From: Candidatus Woesearchaeota archaeon B3_Woes
GTDB taxonomy: Archaea > Nanobdellota > Nanobdellia > Woesearchaeales > B3-WOES
Direction of reading: 5' to 3'
Length of the DNA: 64,000 nucleotides
NCBI GenBank assembly: GCA_005222965.1
Contig: NJBG01000001.1
Span: 799,533-863,532, forward strand
Positions 58,740-64,000 of the stretch are shown one piece after another. A program made the translations under genes and the position numbers. How positions within the stretch are numbered: position 1 is the first letter of the stretch; each line of letters begins with the position of its first letter. The notes beneath the pieces were generated by a model, which saw only the letters and a program-made list of their open reading frames with translations, ran no database searches and was not told the origin of the DNA.

Positions 58740-58784
58740 AGGTGTCTACATTTATAAAACTTTGCTTTTTTGTAGACACCTATT
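58740..58784. promoter_or_regulatory. Inverted-repeat site bracketing the Fic TATA box
   Basis: AGGTGTCTACA-TTTATAAA..(N20)-TGTAGACACCT. Confidence 0.7.
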
Positions 58785-58855
58785 CTTTATTAAAAAACAA
58801 TCAAATCAAAAGTTATTGCAAAATTTTATAAAAACAATACTAATTACATCTAATT

Positions 58856-59533
58856 ATGATTGAGGCTGTTTTATTCGATAATGATGGTACTTTAGTAGAT
58901 TCAGAACCAATGTATTTTCAAGCAGCTAAACAAATCTTTAACCCCCTTTTACCTGATGGTGTCGAGATAAGCAAAGCAGAATACATACAAAGATGGATGC
59001 TTGATCAAACAGGGAGTAGAAAATTAATAAAGGATTATAACCTTGATGTTAATGTGGAAGATGTTCTAAGAGCAAAAACAGCATTATGCATCCGACTAAT
59101 CCAAGAAAGATTACAAATAATGCCTGGTGCTCAACAATTAATAGAAAGGTTTTATGGTGACTATCCTCTTGCATTAGTATCTTCTTCTCAACGAGAAGAA
59201 GTAATAGCCAAAATTAGTAAATTCGATCTCTTAAAATATTTTGAAATAGTATTAGGGGAAGAAGACGTCGAAAGAAAAAAACCATATCCAGATCTTTGGT
59301 TAAAAGCCTGTGAAGAAATTGGTGTAGATCCACAAAACACAATAGCTATAGAAGATAACCCCTCTGGAGCAATATCTGCTGTTAGAGCAGGTATTGGAAA
59401 AGTATTTGTTCATCCAAGTGGATTCATTGAAGAAAAAATGGAATTTCCGAAGAATGCGTTATTGTTGATAGTCTTGATGAAATTACCCCTTAGCTTTGAA
59501 AAACAACCAATTCTTTTCTTTAAAATGAACTAG
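58856..59533 (+). CDS. HAD-superfamily phosphatase (beta-PGM-like), probable 1-nt frameshift near the C-terminus
   Basis: FDNDGTLVDSE, VSSS, KPYPD and IEDNPSG motifs; -1 frame from 59461 reads IVDSLDEITP*. Confidence 0.85.
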   Translation: MIEAVLFDNDGTLVDSEPMYFQAAKQIFNPLLPDGVEISKAEYIQRWMLDQTGSRKLIKDYNLDVNVEDVLRAKTALCIRLIQERLQIMPGAQQLIERFYGDYPLALVSSSQREEVIAKISKFDLLKYFEIVLGEEDVERKKPYPDLWLKACEEIGVDPQNTIAIEDNPSGAISAVRAGIGKVFVHPSGFIEEKMEFPKNALLLIVLMKLPLSFEKQPILFFKMN

Positions 59534-59851
59534 AGTAAATCTTCCTTTTAGTTTTTTACCGTGAATAATAGCAACAATCTTATTCTCCTTAACACTCTCA
59601 GGCTCCCAAAAACCTTTATCCCATATCTTAACAGAACCCTTACCATAACCTTCTGTAATTTTACCTTCAAAATCCATATACTCAACAGAATGATCTTCAA
59701 CTAGAATTGCTAATCTTTTAACACCTTCTTTTGAAGAAGGCTCTTTAGGAATGGCCCAAGATCTAGCAACATTATCTATTTCTAGACGTAAATCATAATG
59801 TAAATGAGAAGCATCATGTTTTTGTATAACATATTTTAGTTTTTTTACCAT
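59483..59851 (-). CDS. Stand-alone LigD 3'-phosphoesterase (PE) domain
   Basis: IQKHDA.HLHYDLRLE, SWAIPK, RLA..VEDH and YG.G.V.IWD.G motifs. Confidence 0.92.
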   Translation of the reverse strand: MVKKLKYVIQKHDASHLHYDLRLEIDNVARSWAIPKEPSSKEGVKRLAILVEDHSVEYMDFEGKITEGYGKGSVKIWDKGFWEPESVKENKIVAIIHGKKLKGRFTLVHFKEKNWLFFKAKG

Positions 59852-59852
59852 C

Positions 59853-61427
59853 TTAAAATTTATCCTTTTTCCACAACAATTCAAATTGTTGTTTATACAT
59901 ATTATATAAATTTTTATTATCTATAATTATCACAATTGGTTCTTTTTCCATCCAATTAGTAATCACAACTCTATTACCATAAATCCAGAACACACTTAAT
60001 TGACTAAACTCTTTTGGTAAAGTATATTTTGTCTTAACAAAAGGAAATGTAGTGATTCTATGGCCCCTAACTTCAGGATCAACAATATTCCTCATCTTAA
60101 AACCTTTTTTAATAGCTCTTTTTTCCCATTCATCAATAAATTTAGGTCTTTCATCAACAAAATAACCTCTAGCCCCAATAAAATCTACTTCACCATACTT
60201 TAACATCTCTTCAAATATATCCTGTACTGCATCAATTCCTTTCAAAACCCGAGCTTCCTGATTCCATAATGCTTCAAAGTTTTTATTAAAAGACTTTGAA
60301 ACTTCTTTATTATTAATAGTTATAATGATGGGTTCTTTCTTTTGAATCACTAATAAAGTTCTATTTTTAGATGAGAATGTTGCGACAGGAGAATCAGTTT
60401 TGTATGGAAGGAATTTGTATTCTGTATTTTCTCCCTCTATGTATTGCCTATAGGGTGTGTATTTTTTAATGAATTCTTTTGACTCTTGTTGAAACAACAT
60501 TTTACCCTTAATTCCTTCTTCTAATCTTCTTTTATGAATCTTCCTGAAGAAGTCAGCATATTTTTTATCTTCTCCTTTTTCCCCAAAAGTGGCCCCAAAC
60601 ACCCGATAATCTTCTCCAGGTTCCAATCCACTAATAAAATTATTTACAGCATCACTTAAAGCACCCATACTTTTACTTACTACTGTATCTTGGTTCCACC
60701 TCATCTCAAACTGATTTCTAAAAGAATCTGCTACTTCTTTACTTTCAATCATAAAAACAGTAATCTCTTCAGCCATTACATTAATCAAAGTTATATTACC
60801 AGCAACATTGACAATTGAAGGGGTTTGTAGTTCATCAGGAACATATTTCACTTTAGTATGAGAAAGTTTTTCTCTAACTTTCCCATCATTTTTATCCTTT
60901 TCATTAAATATCATCCTTGATTTTAACCCTTTCTTAGCTCTCCATTCATGAATTTTAGTTAACAAATCAAAATATCTTCTGTTGTTAAAAGATATGACAA
61001 AACCTACCCATTCATCATCTTTAGTCATAGAATTGACTAAATATCTAAACGCTGTTTCTCCTCCTTTTAATCCTTTAAAAATTGTTGCTTCTGATTTGTA
61101 TTTTGAAAGTTTTTGTTTAAGTTTAAGTTCAGGAATAATCTTGTTAATTTCTTTTTTCTGTTGATTGAATTTTTCCTCTTTTTCCATCATGTAATCCATA
61201 ATCCTTTCAGGAGGAGCAGCTTCAAAGTATTTAACTCCAGACTTAATAATAAAACTAACAAGGCCTTTTTGCATCAATTTATCAAGAATTTCATAAATCT
61301 TAGATGAAGAAGCACCAGATTTATCTACTATTTTTCCTGTAGAAGAGCTTCCTAGCTCTAATAATGCCAAATAAACATTGATTTCTGACTTTGTTAAACC
61401 AATCTCTTCCAACAGTTCTTTATTCAT
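59853..61427 (-). CDS. TrmB-family transcriptional regulator with three tandem C-terminal domains
   Basis: IGLTKSEINVYLALL..KIYEILDKL..KGLV; three repeats ending F..(R/L)W. Confidence 0.85.
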   Translation of the reverse strand: MNKELLEEIGLTKSEINVYLALLELGSSSTGKIVDKSGASSSKIYEILDKLMQKGLVSFIIKSGVKYFEAAPPERIMDYMMEKEEKFNQQKKEINKIIPELKLKQKLSKYKSEATIFKGLKGGETAFRYLVNSMTKDDEWVGFVISFNNRRYFDLLTKIHEWRAKKGLKSRMIFNEKDKNDGKVREKLSHTKVKYVPDELQTPSIVNVAGNITLINVMAEEITVFMIESKEVADSFRNQFEMRWNQDTVVSKSMGALSDAVNNFISGLEPGEDYRVFGATFGEKGEDKKYADFFRKIHKRRLEEGIKGKMLFQQESKEFIKKYTPYRQYIEGENTEYKFLPYKTDSPVATFSSKNRTLLVIQKKEPIIITINNKEVSKSFNKNFEALWNQEARVLKGIDAVQDIFEEMLKYGEVDFIGARGYFVDERPKFIDEWEKRAIKKGFKMRNIVDPEVRGHRITTFPFVKTKYTLPKEFSQLSVFWIYGNRVVITNWMEKEPIVIIIDNKNLYNMYKQQFELLWKKDKF

Positions 61428-61555
61428 ACATTTACTGAGTTATTATAATATATAAATATATCTATTTCTCCCCCTTTAGGGGTAGGGAGTATTTATATAC
61501 AATCTACATTACCACTATTAAGTAATAATCAAAATATCTTGGAGGTAAAACAAGA

Positions 61556-62185
61556 ATGAAAGAACCAAACAAAGCAGTAATAACTTTCTTAACTGCAGCT
61601 TCAATAGCAAGTGCAGCTAATAAACCAACTGCAAATATTGATTTAACAGAAATAGTCTCAAACGAACAAAAACCAATATCTAGAATAGATGCATTAGTAC
61701 CTAATCTTACTAATAATTTAAGTCTCATTATGTTTATGCAACATTCAGGAGATGAAGAAGGAGATAAAGACTTCTATAGAGCAATAATTCAATATCTACC
61801 TATTAATGGAAAGTATAAGGGTATAGAATATAACTTAGGATTATCAGCACAACATTTTGATGGAACAAGAGTTGATGCTCATCAAGAAGCAGGTTTAGTT
61901 TTATCATTAAGTGGAAAACCCACAGAAAATACATTTATGAAAGGCATAGCGAGATATTATCCATCAAAAAACAACATACATTCCTTCATAGTTGCAAGTA
62001 TAAATGGTGTAAAAGCAGATGTATTATCCTCATTAAGTGTAGGTGGAGAAGGAGATTTTGTTAGATACGCTCTAAACATACCTTTGAAAAGGAATATTGC
62101 ATTTCGTTTAGAAGGACAACACAATAGAATAAATGGCAATCTAAAAAGCTCTTATGGTGGATTTGGAGTACAAGCTAAGTTTTAG
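61556..62185 (+). CDS. Secreted beta-strand-rich protein ending in GGFGVQAKF
   Basis: Signal-like N-terminus; alternating amphipathic strands; GGAGGT RBS. Confidence 0.6.
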   Translation: MKEPNKAVITFLTAASIASAANKPTANIDLTEIVSNEQKPISRIDALVPNLTNNLSLIMFMQHSGDEEGDKDFYRAIIQYLPINGKYKGIEYNLGLSAQHFDGTRVDAHQEAGLVLSLSGKPTENTFMKGIARYYPSKNNIHSFIVASINGVKADVLSSLSVGGEGDFVRYALNIPLKRNIAFRLEGQHNRINGNLKSSYGGFGVQAKF

Positions 62186-62187
62186 AG

Positions 62188-63504
62188 ATGAAAATCCAAT
62201 TAATACACCCGCCTATAGATGAAGAATACAAAGGCCACGCAATCAAAGATTGGTTAATGGGCCCCCCAACAGGATTAGAATTAATAGCAAAAGCAACAGA
62301 ATTGTTTGTTGAAGAAACAAACATAGAAGTGATTGATGGTAATAGACATTCCCTAGATACAATATTAAAAACAATAAGTGCAGACTTTGTTGGTATGAGC
62401 TCTCAATATTCTAATTATCATAATGCTCTAAATATCTTAAGACAAGCAAAACTAAAAGGAGCAACTACTGTTATTGGTGGCCCTAACATAAATCATATTG
62501 CAAAAAGAACACTTAGAAATAATCCTTTTATTGATTACGCTGTTGTAGGAGATGGAGAAGACTCTTTTAGTATGTTAGTTAAAGGAATTCCTTTTTCAGA
62601 TATTCCTAATTTAGTATATAGAGAAAATAATAATATAAAAGAAAATCAAAAGATAAGCATTAGATTAGGTATGTTATTTGATTTAGAACATTTAGATTGG
62701 AAAGTTTATGATAAAAATGATCAAGTTCCAATCTCCTCAATAAGAGGGTGTATTAAAGCACAGACAGATGGAAGATGTACTTTTTGTTCAATAGACAGTT
62801 TATTAAGAGTCATGGCTCCTGAAAAAGTTTGGCAACAAATAGACATACTAAATAGAAAGTATGGTTTTAATTATTTCTTTGAAACAGGAGATTCTTTTGT
62901 TGTAGGCAATTTCCCACAAAAACTACTTGAATCAAGACCAAATCATTTAAGTGAAATAAAATTCAGAATATATACTTCTCCAGATCAAATAACACCAGAA
63001 ATTGTAGAAGTGTTTAGAGAACTTAATGTTAAAAACCTACTTTTAGGAATAGAATCAGCTAATGATACTATTCTAGAGAAATCTGGAAAAGCTTATTCTA
63101 GACAAGATATTGATAATGCCTTAAATTTACTTTATGGAGCAGATATGGACCTTATTTTACCATTTATTTATGGATTACCAGGGGAATCTGAAAAAACACT
63201 AGAAAATAACTATCAATACGCAAAAGAAGTTGTAAAAAGACATCCTGGTATGTTTGTTTTAGCTAGCAAAGCAATACCTATGGTAGGATCAGAATTATTC
63301 ACAAATTTAATGAATAATACAACAATAAAATCTCAATATCAAGGGGATTTATTGAGAGACGATATCTTGGATTACCAACAACTAATCAAACTACAAACAA
63401 AGCATTTTACATCTGTGACTTATGAAAAAGTCTCAGAATACACTGAAAAAACAAGGAATCTTGTTGGAGAAACAAGAACACCATCATTTGGAGAATGGAA
63501 ATAA
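62188..63504 (+). CDS. Cobalamin-binding radical SAM protein
   Basis: PPTGL, VIGGPN, GDGE, RGC(x8)CxxC, GIES and GLPGE motifs. Confidence 0.88.
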   Translation: MKIQLIHPPIDEEYKGHAIKDWLMGPPTGLELIAKATELFVEETNIEVIDGNRHSLDTILKTISADFVGMSSQYSNYHNALNILRQAKLKGATTVIGGPNINHIAKRTLRNNPFIDYAVVGDGEDSFSMLVKGIPFSDIPNLVYRENNNIKENQKISIRLGMLFDLEHLDWKVYDKNDQVPISSIRGCIKAQTDGRCTFCSIDSLLRVMAPEKVWQQIDILNRKYGFNYFFETGDSFVVGNFPQKLLESRPNHLSEIKFRIYTSPDQITPEIVEVFRELNVKNLLLGIESANDTILEKSGKAYSRQDIDNALNLLYGADMDLILPFIYGLPGESEKTLENNYQYAKEVVKRHPGMFVLASKAIPMVGSELFTNLMNNTTIKSQYQGDLLRDDILDYQQLIKLQTKHFTSVTYEKVSEYTEKTRNLVGETRTPSFGEWK

Positions 63505-63508
63505 TCCA

Positions 63509-64000
63509 TTAACCAACATAACTCAACTTCTTGGCATCAGCCATACCTTTTGCTTCTTCACCTTTCTTTAGAAGTCCTTTTAATTTCTCCTCGAATTTAG
63601 CTGCCTGTTCAAGTAAAGGATCTGGATTAACCTTTAATCCTAAATACTGGTCTAATACTTTTATAACCCTTGCAGCAGCTTTGCTATCTGGTAAATCAGT
63701 ATGTGTCTCTGCAAATATACAGCTTAGAGCAGGTTTCTCAACATTTAACAACAAAGCACCTGTAACACCCATTATAATTCCCTCTTTTAATGGATTTAAA
63801 CCGATTTTACTTAATTTCTTCTTAGCATTTACATTTTTAGAAAAATAAAATACTCTCTCAGCATCTGGTTTTGTTGCAGGACTTCCTACTCCTTCTAAAC
63901 TAATAATCTCTTTAGCTCCTAAATCTCTAGCTAATTTTTGGATTATATCTGATAACTTCCACTCTATTCCAGTAGAAGCAGTTACAGCATGAATAATAAC
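63509..64000 (-). CDS. PAC2-family proteasome assembly chaperone (5'-truncated)
   Basis: Frame open to window end; EIISLEG, GIIMGVTGALL, LPDSKAAA and C-terminal YVG. Confidence 0.85.
   Translation of the reverse strand, partial: VIIHAVTASTGIEWKLSDIIQKLARDLGAKEIISLEGVGSPATKPDAERVFYFSKNVNAKKKLSKIGLNPLKEGIIMGVTGALLLNVEKPALSCIFAETHTDLPDSKAAARVIKVLDQYLGLKVNPDPLLEQAAKFEEKLKGLLKKGEEAKGMADAKKLSYVG

Noticed and set aside
56738..58784. Classical integron or provirus
   Set aside because: The recombinase lacks a recognisable IntI insertion; there is no attC array, no viral genes and no duplicated tRNA end.
1..64000. Alternative genetic code / stop-codon reassignment
   Set aside because: Conserved genes are full length and end normally at TAA, TAG or TGA.
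1..64000. rRNA, SRP RNA or RNase P RNA genes
   Set aside because: No sufficiently long GC-rich structured non-coding segment was seen.

Overview
AT-rich, gene-dense archaeal chromosome segment in the standard genetic code. Archaeal marker genes include thermosome, SRP54, Spt5, eIF1A, RpoL, class I LysRS, Rpp21, SepF/FtsZ, ZPR1 and intron-containing tRNAs. These occur with bacterial-type gap/pgk/tpiA, lspA and many class III signal-peptide proteins, which most resembles a DPANN Woesearchaeota/Pacearchaeota-like organism (inferred from gene content only). Most of the window is housekeeping. Main points of interest: (1) Two dispersed secreted paralogs (26758-28485, 44333-46249) share an N-terminal module but have unrelated C-termini. 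One ends in a domain with ordered motif matches to the colicin M (lipid II-degrading) catalytic domain. A membrane-anchored lytic transglycosylase/lysozyme-like gene, a diversified pilin-like cluster, a cadherin-like pilin-anchored protein and a beta-barrel-like protein also occur, suggesting a possible undescribed archaeal anti-bacterial/host-contact effector system. (2) An AT-rich tract plus ~11-bp helically phased repeat array precedes two coiled-coil/wHTH genes and a XerA-like recombinase, followed by a Fic gene bracketed by two copies of the same inverted-repeat site. (3) Several likely real small genes were missed by the ORF track: a 59-aa histone-fold protein and two zinc-finger microproteins. 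All family assignments come from motif recognition by eye; no searches were run.
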